This document shows positions 40,062-48,398 of a stretch of 64,000 bases of DNA, in pieces. The notes below the pieces were generated by a model, which saw nothing but the letters and a program-made list of their open reading frames with translations, was not told the DNA's origin and did no database searches. The stretch is from IMG/VR virus record IMGVR_UViG_3300035703_002708; one strand, 5' to 3'. The DNA comes from a virus (Duplodnaviria; Caudoviricetes). Numbering within the stretch: the stretch's first letter is position 1; each line of letters begins with the position of its first letter. The position numbers and the translations under genes are program-made.

Positions 40062-42317
40062 ATGGCATACATACTCAAAAATACTTCGGGCTTAATCAAT
40101 ACAAGAATTACTGACACAGGCAGAGAAAAAATGTCTCAAGGGAGTTTCAATATAAGTTATTTCCAAATAGGAGATAGTGAAATTTCTTACAATGTAATAT
40201 CAAATTTTGACCAAACTAATACTGTAATACTTGAACCCTCGTTTAACTCCGCAAACAGCGCACCAGTACCTTCGGCAAACGTTCAAAACATAAAGTACCC
40301 TTATTATGTTGACGGAAATGCCGGTTCTACTTATGGAATCCCATTTATGGATTCAGTGGTGTCAAATGTATATAATGTCGCACCAATGAGAGGTTTTTTC
40401 AGTGCCAATACATCAACACTACCAACTAATTGGTATGTTAGAACGGGTAGTGAATATGTTAAAACACCAAATTACGTTGCTGATTTAGGTTTTTTTGGAT
40501 TTAATCAGAATACTATAACACTTACAGAGGACACATGCAATACTGCAACAACATATACATTTTCAGCCGGAGATTTTATTACAATATATTATCAAACTGA
40601 CACCAATTGTAGTTGTACGTATACACCAGTTTCAGGAAATTGTGCCCCACCATATTACCCATATAATCCTTGTCCACCAACACCACCTACAGATAGAAAC
40701 TGTTTACTATCATTCCAAAGTTGTAATCCAATATTAACCTACAGAATTGTGGATGTTGCGGGTAATACATTAACATTGGATAGACCTGTTGTCGATTATA
40801 TACACATAGGTACAAGTGGTAATGTACGAGTAATGGTATATCCTTCAGGGATGACAAACTTCTATGATAGTTCAACACCTGAAGAACATTGGAATCAAGA
40901 TGTGTTAAATTTTCAATCTGCATGCGATATCGATTTATTTAATGTTAATGTTTGGAATATGAACATTCCTTGGAGTGAATCACCAGCCGGTTTAAACGGT
41001 TCGGTTTATAAGGATTACACAAACTTTGGTTCTGTTAACTATTTGGGAAGTAAGGAATATTTTGGTTATAGCAGTAGTACTGGTCAAACTGATAGTAGTT
41101 CTGTATATTATTATAATTCTTTAGGTGACCAAATAACTGTGACCGGAACTGAACAAAAGGCTATAGCGATAATTCATTATACAAATAACACAATAGATTT
41201 TGTTTATGGTGAAAAATTTGCCTTAGAACCATATGACCCTGAAAATACAACAAATACGGTTGGTATGGCTCGTAATTTTAGATTACATATACCCACTTTA
41301 CAATGGCATAAGTCTAGTGGGGAATGTTGTTCAGGACAAACATTTTATGTTGACCCTGCAGGTTTCGATGGACAAAATCTATTCGAAGAACATTACCTGA
41401 CCTCTAACCTCAATAACGATATGAATATACCTGGACACAGGTACTATCATTTGTGGGACACATATGCAAATCCTGACGGTAATCCAAGTAGAATAGGTAA
41501 GGTATTTCCTGATTTACATATAATAGTGATTGATGATGAAGAAATAATTGCCGCTTTATCATACAAATCAAATAGAAATTGGACATTACCGGCACCGAGA
41601 GTTGCGACTATAACACCAGATGGTGCCGAAACAGGTGTTCTAACAAATCAGAATGAATATATGTATATTACATATAGATTTTCAACCACTCTACCCTTCA
41701 CAAATTCATTACATTGTAATTACTATCAAAAGTTACAAGGTCCAAACCCAACATGTAATTCAGTTACTCAAAACGTTTCATTAACTTTTGGTAATGAGTT
41801 TGGTTGTTTACCTGACACTTCATATTATAGTGTATTCCAAATAATCTGTCAAAAAGTAAGCGGCGACACAAGACCTGACCCCAATGGTTGGAAAATAATA
41901 GATGTGACTTCACAGTTACCTTCCTCAACAATAAATCAAACGAATTTAACCGCAACAACTTTTGTGATAACTGATACTTTGTATAGTTCAGCACCGACTT
42001 ACAACTTGGGTAATTACATTAGTTTAACAACAGTTGGTACCACTGGAAATACTTTGAATTTCGGAGATGAATATTTCTTTTATGGTAACATAGAAACAGA
42101 AATTCAGGCGACCATATACGAAATGAGATATCTTTGTAACCTGAGTCAGAATGAGTTTACATATACTTCCAATCCAACATGGTCTGCCGGGACCACTTCA
42201 TACATAACTGAAATAGGTCTACTTGACTCAAACCGAAATTTGATGGCAATATCTAAATTACAATCACCAATTCAAAGACAAAGTATTCAACAATTCCTTG
42301 TCAAACTTGATTTCTAA
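40062..42317 (+). CDS. Tail-collar/fibre attachment protein (DUF3751/P2 gpH N-terminal-like halves)
   Basis: N-terminal ITDTGREKM...ISYFQIGD and C-terminal YITEIGLLD...LMAISKL..PI bracket a long Cys-containing insert. Confidence 0.6.
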   Translation: MAYILKNTSGLINTRITDTGREKMSQGSFNISYFQIGDSEISYNVISNFDQTNTVILEPSFNSANSAPVPSANVQNIKYPYYVDGNAGSTYGIPFMDSVVSNVYNVAPMRGFFSANTSTLPTNWYVRTGSEYVKTPNYVADLGFFGFNQNTITLTEDTCNTATTYTFSAGDFITIYYQTDTNCSCTYTPVSGNCAPPYYPYNPCPPTPPTDRNCLLSFQSCNPILTYRIVDVAGNTLTLDRPVVDYIHIGTSGNVRVMVYPSGMTNFYDSSTPEEHWNQDVLNFQSACDIDLFNVNVWNMNIPWSESPAGLNGSVYKDYTNFGSVNYLGSKEYFGYSSSTGQTDSSSVYYYNSLGDQITVTGTEQKAIAIIHYTNNTIDFVYGEKFALEPYDPENTTNTVGMARNFRLHIPTLQWHKSSGECCSGQTFYVDPAGFDGQNLFEEHYLTSNLNNDMNIPGHRYYHLWDTYANPDGNPSRIGKVFPDLHIIVIDDEEIIAALSYKSNRNWTLPAPRVATITPDGAETGVLTNQNEYMYITYRFSTTLPFTNSLHCNYYQKLQGPNPTCNSVTQNVSLTFGNEFGCLPDTSYYSVFQIICQKVSGDTRPDPNGWKIIDVTSQLPSSTINQTNLTATTFVITDTLYSSAPTYNLGNYISLTTVGTTGNTLNFGDEYFFYGNIETEIQATIYEMRYLCNLSQNEFTYTSNPTWSAGTTSYITEIGLLDSNRNLMAISKLQSPIQRQSIQQFLVKLDF

Positions 42318-42362
42318 CCAAAATATTTACAATTAGATTGTTTATATTACCATAGTTAATAT

Positions 42363-42968
42363 ATGGCAAAACAACAAATTAAAAATAATCCAAAAGTATT
42401 AGGTTTGGATGTGAGTACCAAAACAATAGGTTGGGCTTTATTTGATATGATGACCGAAGAGTTATTAGAACTTACTCATATATCTCCTGTGGCAAAACTT
42501 AAAGAAGAAAATAAAATTAAGGAGCTTTTTTTGAAAGCTGAAATTTTTAAACAAAAATTAGTTCAGTACAAGAATTTAGGAATTACCAAAGTTATAATCG
42601 AAGAACCTTTATTGAACTCAAATAACGTATATACAATTCAAACCTTACTTAGGTTTAACACACTAATATCGAAAGAAATTTATGATGTTTTAGGTATAGT
42701 ACCTGAGTATATATCAACCTATAACTCAAGAAAGTTCGCTTTTCCTGAGTTGGTTAAAGAAAATGACAAGAAAAAATTTGTATTATTTGGTGGTCTACCT
42801 AAAGACATTGACAAAAAAATGATAATTTGGGATTTGGTTGCTAAAAGAGAGCCTCAAATTAAATGGCAATATACTAAAAACCAAACACTCAAAAAGGAAA
42901 ATTTTGATATGTCAGATGCATATACCTGTTGTTTAGGGTATATGAAACAAGAAGAACTTTGGAAATAA
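42363..42968 (+). CDS. ruvC: RuvC-like Holliday junction resolvase
   Basis: VLGLDVST..IGW, VIIEE and DMSDAY acidic catalytic pattern. Confidence 0.8.
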   Translation: MAKQQIKNNPKVLGLDVSTKTIGWALFDMMTEELLELTHISPVAKLKEENKIKELFLKAEIFKQKLVQYKNLGITKVIIEEPLLNSNNVYTIQTLLRFNTLISKEIYDVLGIVPEYISTYNSRKFAFPELVKENDKKKFVLFGGLPKDIDKKMIIWDLVAKREPQIKWQYTKNQTLKKENFDMSDAYTCCLGYMKQEELWK

Positions 42969-44441
42969 TTACCTTATTTGTGCGGGTGGACAAACCACAC
43001 TATCATCAATAGTTGTAAATGTAACAACACCGCTTGCATCAGTATTTCTACCTGCGGCACTACTGGGTGTTATAGTTGGTGTTGGCGTCGGTGTCGGTGA
43101 AACATTCTGAACTCCAAAACAAAAATTAACATTCTGGCAAATGTTACCTGATGGGGTTATACTTGGTGTTGGTGTTGGAGTCGATGTTGGTGCGGTATAA
43201 CCTGATGTTGGTGTTACCGTCATTGTTGGAGTAATAGATGGTGTTGGCGGAGCAATGTCACAATCAAAATATGCCGCCAAATCCAAAACACTACAATCAT
43301 TAGTTGGTGATGGGGTTGGTGTTGGACAGATATTAGATGCAAAAAACTCATTTGCTAAGTTTGGAGTTGAACTAGAACATCTATTACCACCAAACAAAAT
43401 ACATGTACCACCAATTGATGTGGATAAACACCATCTTGTTTGACCTGTGTTATAGTAAATTACACCACCATTGTCTCCGACATACACAGTATAACCATCG
43501 TAAGTACCACCTGATGTATAATTACCATCGTATTGTGAGGTAGAATAATACCCTGTTGATAAACAGTAACTAGCCGCGGAAAAATTGAAAAAAGATGTTA
43601 TGGAACCTGGAGATTGACTGAATCCAGTGTAACTCGAGTTTCCGAAATCATAACCATTGGTGAAACCGGTATTGAATGTGTCAACTTCGACTTCTATAGT
43701 ATTCGGACCAGTGGTATCCAAACCCATAAAATAAGTTTTACCTGAATATTCTATAGTACTTAGAATTTCTAAATATGTAGTATTGTCAAAAGAAAAATCA
43801 TTTACTAATGTTCCACCAGTTGTGAACTCAGATATATAGTTAATAGTTTTATCAGCTTTCATACAAGCCACAACAAATGTGTTTTTAAGTGAATTGTATG
43901 ATATATCATTTATTGTTCTTGATTCAGGTAATGTAAATAATAATTCACTTGTAAAACCTGAACCTATGATAGTATGTAAGTAAATTGTTGAACCCGAACC
44001 ACCAACCAACATAGTGTTACTCAAGGCACCTAAACCCTCAAACGCCGTAACACCACTTGATGTTAAAAGTCTATTGAAAGTTGTCGCAGGAAAATCTGAA
44101 AAAAGTCCATTAAATAAAATAGGAGACAGTTCTAAATCAAATTCAACTAAATCAGTGCCACCTGTATAGACCCAAATTTTGTTCAGGGTATTTGCAACCT
44201 CGCTGACATCACCACCTAATATAGAACTAATATCAATTTGATAATCGGTATTAGGATTAAAGTATCCAATTTTTGCACCATTTACATAAAATACTGATGC
44301 TGAATTGAAACAGATAAATGTTGTTGATGCTGAGGTTCCTGTGTAATCACCTGAACCATCATTCATTAAGGACCAATTTGTTATTAAACTACTACAATGA
44401 CTACTACTCATATTTTTAACATTCAAGATAAGTTGTGCCAC
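42969..44441 (-). CDS. Putative receptor-binding/tail-fibre protein (beta-propeller-like region plus PT linkers)
   Basis: Repeated beta-strand blades, TPTPSPT/TPTPTPSITPS linkers and a Tyr/Gly-rich module similar to one in the 38394 ORF. Confidence 0.55.
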   Translation of the reverse strand: MAQLILNVKNMSSSHCSSLITNWSLMNDGSGDYTGTSASTTFICFNSASVFYVNGAKIGYFNPNTDYQIDISSILGGDVSEVANTLNKIWVYTGGTDLVEFDLELSPILFNGLFSDFPATTFNRLLTSSGVTAFEGLGALSNTMLVGGSGSTIYLHTIIGSGFTSELLFTLPESRTINDISYNSLKNTFVVACMKADKTINYISEFTTGGTLVNDFSFDNTTYLEILSTIEYSGKTYFMGLDTTGPNTIEVEVDTFNTGFTNGYDFGNSSYTGFSQSPGSITSFFNFSAASYCLSTGYYSTSQYDGNYTSGGTYDGYTVYVGDNGGVIYYNTGQTRWCLSTSIGGTCILFGGNRCSSSTPNLANEFFASNICPTPTPSPTNDCSVLDLAAYFDCDIAPPTPSITPTMTVTPTSGYTAPTSTPTPTPSITPSGNICQNVNFCFGVQNVSPTPTPTPTITPSSAAGRNTDASGVVTFTTIDDSVVCPPAQIR

Positions 44442-44652
44442 TTAGTTTAGTTACTGAACACCCATTGGAGTCAATAATTTTGACCGCAAAATCCGATAAA
44501 TTCAAGTATATGAAAGGTAATTCAAAACTATATGGAATTTGTCCACTTGTGAATTGAGAAACCCAAGTACAATTTGTAACATTATCATCACACACATACA
44601 CATTGAAAGGGGATTGTCCCGTTACACCACTAATAACTATATTTGTTGGCAT
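44416..44652 (-). CDS. Small Cys-containing tail accessory protein, 78 aa
   Basis: I.IS..TG..P+.+YVCD....C...LP.......+KI+..N.C aligns by eye with the N-terminus of the 37582 ORF. Confidence 0.65.
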   Translation of the reverse strand: MPTNIVISGVTGQSPFNVYVCDDNVTNCTWVSQFTSGQIPYSFELPFIYLNLSDFAVKIIDSNGCSVTKLSGTTYLEC

Positions 44653-44669
44653 AGATTTAACTTATGATT

Positions 44670-44677
44670 ATAAATAT
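44670..44677 (-). promoter_or_regulatory. ATATTTAT phage promoter motif (minus strand)
   Basis: ATAAATAT on the plus strand, 17 nt upstream of the minus-strand ATG at 44652. Confidence 0.5.
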
Positions 44678-44701
44678 AACAGGTAGGAAAAACTTGTGAA
44701 T

Positions 44702-44733
44702 ATTGATTGGAGTTAATTTTTTTGGTATATTTG
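44702..44733 (+). promoter_or_regulatory. Bacteroidota-type promoter (-7 TATATTTG)
   Basis: ATTG-N20-TATATTTG, 5 nt before an in-frame GTG at 44739. Confidence 0.6.
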
Positions 44734-44738
44734 TGGTT

Positions 44739-45638
44739 GTGCAAGACGAACAAGAAATAGTTGTAGATATCGTTAGAGGGTTCTTGGGTAAAGAAAAACT
44801 TCATTACGAAAGTAAGGGTCAGTATTCCTTTAACTGCCCCTACTGTGACCAAGCCCAAAACAAAGGGAACTTGGAGGTCAACGTATTCAAACACGTTTAC
44901 AAATGTTGGGCCTGTGGCGATTCAAACGGAACTCACGGAGCACTTGGAAAATTAATTGACGAGTTCGGAACCAAAAAACAAAAGAAAATATACTCTTTAT
45001 TCAAACCCGAAGAAGAGAAAAAACAAGAACCAAAAAAACCGAAGTTCAGATTACCTGAAGGTTACACACAATTCAAGGACTCAAACCCAGTTTATCCTGT
45101 TTACAAACAAGCAATCAATTACCTCAAAGAACGAAACATCAGTCAAGAAATTATAGAAAAATATAAAATAGGATTCTGTGACCAAGGTGATTTTATGGGA
45201 AGAATTATTATACCCTCCTTTGATAAAGACGGAAATCCAAATTACTTTATCGCTCGTTCTTGGAATAAAACTACAAGGTCCAAATATAAGAACCCCCAAG
45301 CCGAGAAAGATAAAATCATATTCAACGAAAGTTTAATTGATTGGGATAAAGACATTTACTTGTGTGAAGGGGTATTTGATGCTGTGTTTTTGGAAAACTC
45401 GATACCGATGCTTGGAAAATCTATGTCAAAGTTGTTATTTGAAACACTTTATGAAAGGGCTAACCGAAACATAATCATCGCTTTAGATGGAGACGCTTGG
45501 AAAAATAGTGTGAAGTTATTTCACGAATTAAATGGGGGTAGATTATTTGGAAAAGTAAAAGTCCTAAAACTACCTGAAGACAAAGATATATGTGATTTAC
45601 AAGGTAAAATCGAAGAGTTCTATTTTGATATTAAATAA
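44739..45638 (+). CDS. dnaG: DNA primase (Zn finger plus TOPRIM), probable GTG start 44739
   Basis: CPYC...YKCWAC zinc finger, YFIAR, CEGVFDA, LDGDA and DICD motifs. Confidence 0.85.
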   Translation: MQDEQEIVVDIVRGFLGKEKLHYESKGQYSFNCPYCDQAQNKGNLEVNVFKHVYKCWACGDSNGTHGALGKLIDEFGTKKQKKIYSLFKPEEEKKQEPKKPKFRLPEGYTQFKDSNPVYPVYKQAINYLKERNISQEIIEKYKIGFCDQGDFMGRIIIPSFDKDGNPNYFIARSWNKTTRSKYKNPQAEKDKIIFNESLIDWDKDIYLCEGVFDAVFLENSIPMLGKSMSKLLFETLYERANRNIIIALDGDAWKNSVKLFHELNGGRLFGKVKVLKLPEDKDICDLQGKIEEFYFDIK

Positions 45639-45654
45639 TTTTTCCTTACCTTTC
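45624..45654 (+). promoter_or_regulatory. Possible Bacteroidota-type promoter
   Basis: TTTG-N19-TACCTTTC before ATG 45666. Confidence 0.35.
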
Positions 45655-45665
45655 AAAAAAATACT

Positions 45666-46433
45666 ATGGAAATACTTTTAGAATTAAATAAGTTCGCTCA
45701 CATAAAATATTATGACGAACCACACAAATATTTTGTCAATAATAAAGAATTAACAAGTGCTACCACATTTATCGGTAAATTCAAAGATAAGTTCGATACC
45801 GAAAATATCGCCGAAAGTTATGCTGCCAAAAGAGGTCTTGATGTTCAGGATGTAATTAATGAGTGGGATTTGAAAAGGGATGTATCAACTGTGAAAGGTT
45901 CTTTGGTTCATAACTTTGCCGAGAACTGGTGGTATAATAAGGTGTTTCCTTATGACCCTCTTCCTATTGTTAGAAAGTTTGGTCAAGATATTATCAAGGA
46001 GAAATTCGAGAAGTGTGTTGATATCTTTAAGAAGTTTTATAACGATGCAAAAGAAAACCTGATTCCTGTAAAGATGGAGTTTGTTGTCGGTGACCTTGAT
46101 TATGGAATCGCTGGTATGGTCGATTGTTTGTTTTACAATAAGAAGTCGGGAAAATTAGAGATTTATGACTATAAGACAAACAAAGAAATCAAAACCAAAA
46201 ACACTTATGGGCAATACTTCAAAACTCCCATATCACATCTTGATTATTGTGAATTAAATACTTACTCTTTACAACTGAACCTTTATAAACACATCATAGA
46301 GAAAAATACAGGTTTAGAGTTGGGTAACTTATATTTGATTTGGATAAATGAAGTTAATGACACCTACAAAGTAATTCCTTGTAAAGACCTACAAGCAGAA
46401 ATCAAATTAATGTTGGAAACAATAAAAAAATAA
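45666..46433 (+). CDS. PD-(D/E)XK exonuclease (Cas4/lambda-exonuclease-like fold)
   Basis: GSLVHNFAE, IAGMVDCL, IYDYKT and QLNLY motifs. Confidence 0.8.
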   Translation: MEILLELNKFAHIKYYDEPHKYFVNNKELTSATTFIGKFKDKFDTENIAESYAAKRGLDVQDVINEWDLKRDVSTVKGSLVHNFAENWWYNKVFPYDPLPIVRKFGQDIIKEKFEKCVDIFKKFYNDAKENLIPVKMEFVVGDLDYGIAGMVDCLFYNKKSGKLEIYDYKTNKEIKTKNTYGQYFKTPISHLDYCELNTYSLQLNLYKHIIEKNTGLELGNLYLIWINEVNDTYKVIPCKDLQAEIKLMLETIKK

Positions 46434-46445
46434 AATATATAAATT

Positions 46446-46682
46446 ATGGATTTAGACATCGGAAAACCAAAGATTGATTTGAGAGACCAACCAACCGTGA
46501 CTTGTGATAGTTGTGGTAGTATGTTCTTCAAAGAAGTTGTAATCATCAAACGAGTTTCAAAACTATTAACCGCAACCCCGAAAGATACTGACGTTCCTTT
46601 TCCAACCTATATGTGTGAAAAGTGTGGTCATGTAAATAACGAATTTAACCCATTCGCAATCGAAGTCGAAGATGATAAATAA
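46446..46682 (+). CDS. Small zinc-ribbon protein
   Basis: CDSC...CEKC pairs; 78 aa. Confidence 0.65.
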   Translation: MDLDIGKPKIDLRDQPTVTCDSCGSMFFKEVVIIKRVSKLLTATPKDTDVPFPTYMCEKCGHVNNEFNPFAIEVEDDK

Positions 46683-47451
46683 AATAGTCCATTTTTCTGA
46701 TTTACACATCCGTCTATTCAAAGACCACGACCTATATAAGAAAATTTTGGTCGATGCTTTCGAACAGTGGAAACAAATCGCACCTGATAGGATTGTCTTT
46801 ACCGGTGATTTGGTTCATAGTAAAAACCAAATGACTCCTGAATTAGTTGAATTCGTGGCGTGGGTTCTGACTGAATGTTCGAAAATCACAAAAACTATCC
46901 TTATTATCGGTAATCACGACTTTCTCGAAAACAATCAATCAAGGTTGGATGCTCTTACACCGATTATCGATTCCTTGAAAGATGAAAATGTTGTATATTA
47001 CAAACAACGAGGAGTTTACGAGGATTCGAACATAGATTGGGTTGTGTATTCATTAACTGACCATAATATACCTCCATCGATACCAGACTCAAATAGATTA
47101 AAGATTGGTTTGTTTCACGGACCGGTACAAGGATTATCAACGGATGTGGGATATAAGTTTGATTCAGGGTTTGAATCATCAAAGTTTGAAGGGTGTGATT
47201 TGGTATTATGTGGTGACATACACAAAAGACAGGTGTTTGACATACCAGGAGGAAAGAAGGCTTATATGATTGGGTCCACCATCCAACAAAACTACGGTGA
47301 AACAATCAACAAACACGGATATGGAATTTATCATGTTGACCAAAACAAATATGAATTTGTTGACCTAGTAAATCCAAAACCATTTTTATCATTCAAAATA
47401 AACTCAATAGACGATTTAGTAGATGGAACAGAACGACTTGTCAATGCTTAA
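46672..47451 (+). CDS. sbcD: SbcD/Mre11/gp47-like metallophosphoesterase nuclease (core only, 259 aa)
   Basis: HFSDLH, GDLVH, GNHD, FHG and GDIH motifs. Confidence 0.88.
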   Translation: MINKIVHFSDLHIRLFKDHDLYKKILVDAFEQWKQIAPDRIVFTGDLVHSKNQMTPELVEFVAWVLTECSKITKTILIIGNHDFLENNQSRLDALTPIIDSLKDENVVYYKQRGVYEDSNIDWVVYSLTDHNIPPSIPDSNRLKIGLFHGPVQGLSTDVGYKFDSGFESSKFEGCDLVLCGDIHKRQVFDIPGGKKAYMIGSTIQQNYGETINKHGYGIYHVDQNKYEFVDLVNPKPFLSFKINSIDDLVDGTERLVNA

Positions 47452-47821
47452 ACTATCGGACTCAGACTTACAAAATGTTCAAAAGTTTTGTGAATTAAAT
47501 AATATTGAAGATGTAGAGAAATATATTCAGTATTGTTTCAAAAAGGGTTATGCGATAGACAAATACGGACTCATTAACGGAAAGGAACCTGAAGTTATTG
47601 AAATTGAAGTAGAGAAAATTGTAGAGAAAATTGTAGACAAACCCTGCGATGATACCAAGATGAAATTATTGGAGGGAACTTTACAGACATTAAAAAAAGA
47701 ACTATCTTTAAAAAACGAAAAAATAAACCAACTTGAAGAGATGGTAACCCAATTCAAGGATGTGGTATTATCACGGGGAGCCATTTACCATTCAAGTTCA
47801 AATTTAAATTCAAGAGTATGA
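47444..47821 (+). CDS. Hypothetical coiled-coil protein with EKIV repeats (start 47423 or 47444)
   Basis: EVEKIVEKIVDK repeat followed by a coiled coil. Confidence 0.55.
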   Translation: MLKLSDSDLQNVQKFCELNNIEDVEKYIQYCFKKGYAIDKYGLINGKEPEVIEIEVEKIVEKIVDKPCDDTKMKLLEGTLQTLKKELSLKNEKINQLEEMVTQFKDVVLSRGAIYHSSSNLNSRV

Positions 47822-48177
47822 CAGCATTAATTTTATGGATGATTTTAGCCTACGGTACCGCAAATGTTGTGGTGTATGGTAAAATCTTCGCAGGATTCAG
47901 ACAAACCATTTATGACATCGGTAACACAAACTTACCATTCGCATCAGGATTCAAGTTTCTATCAGAAATGATACAATGTATTATGTGTTTCGGCGTTTGG
48001 TTGGGATTTTTCTTAGGAGTGGCAGTATATTCACCAGTACACGAAATACTCGGAGTAAACCCTTATGTATCATGGTTTTTTGATGGTTTATTATCATCAG
48101 GAGCCGCATGGGCAATCAACGCAGTAATCGAATGGTTCGAAGTAAATAGACCAAATAATAACAATCAAAATCATTAA
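47818..48177 (+). CDS. DUF1360-like membrane protein with CxxC
   Basis: Hydrophobic helices; LSEMIQCIMCFGVWLG matches the DUF1360 CxxCxxxW pattern; ATGA overlap with the previous gene. Confidence 0.6.
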   Translation: MTALILWMILAYGTANVVVYGKIFAGFRQTIYDIGNTNLPFASGFKFLSEMIQCIMCFGVWLGFFLGVAVYSPVHEILGVNPYVSWFFDGLLSSGAAWAINAVIEWFEVNRPNNNNQNH

Positions 48178-48181
48178 TATT

Positions 48182-48388
48182 ATGCCAAGAGCTAAACACA
48201 GAAAAGACCAAAAAAAGAAGTCTCGAGCAAGAACTCAAAGAATTCAAGGACAACAGAAAAACATGCAGGCTAAAATGCAAGAAATGTTTATGAAACAACT
48301 TGAGGAAATCAGAGCACAATCATCAGGTGAAACAGAAAATCAATCAATCCAAGACGCTGAACTTATTCAGCCCACCACAGAACTTTAA
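48182..48388 (+). CDS. Small basic hypothetical protein
   Basis: MPRAKHRKDQKKKSRAR, Lys/Arg-rich N-terminus. Confidence 0.55.
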   Translation: MPRAKHRKDQKKKSRARTQRIQGQQKNMQAKMQEMFMKQLEEIRAQSSGETENQSIQDAELIQPTTEL

Positions 48389-48398
48389 TTATAAAACC

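Noticed and set aside
42961-44700. Invertible (shufflon-like) tail-fibre segment
   Set aside because: No convincing inverted repeats at the two ends and no recombinase in the window; only the opposite orientation is seen.
44703-44738. Listed upstream starts for several ORFs (44703, 18885, 48300, 53869, 53962, 56925, 58406, 61376)
   Set aside because: The extensions run through promoters, terminators or neighbouring genes; downstream ATG/GTG starts with A-rich context fit better.
45666-46433. Cas4 as part of a CRISPR adaptation module
   Set aside because: No Fe-S cysteine set, no cas1/cas2 and no array.
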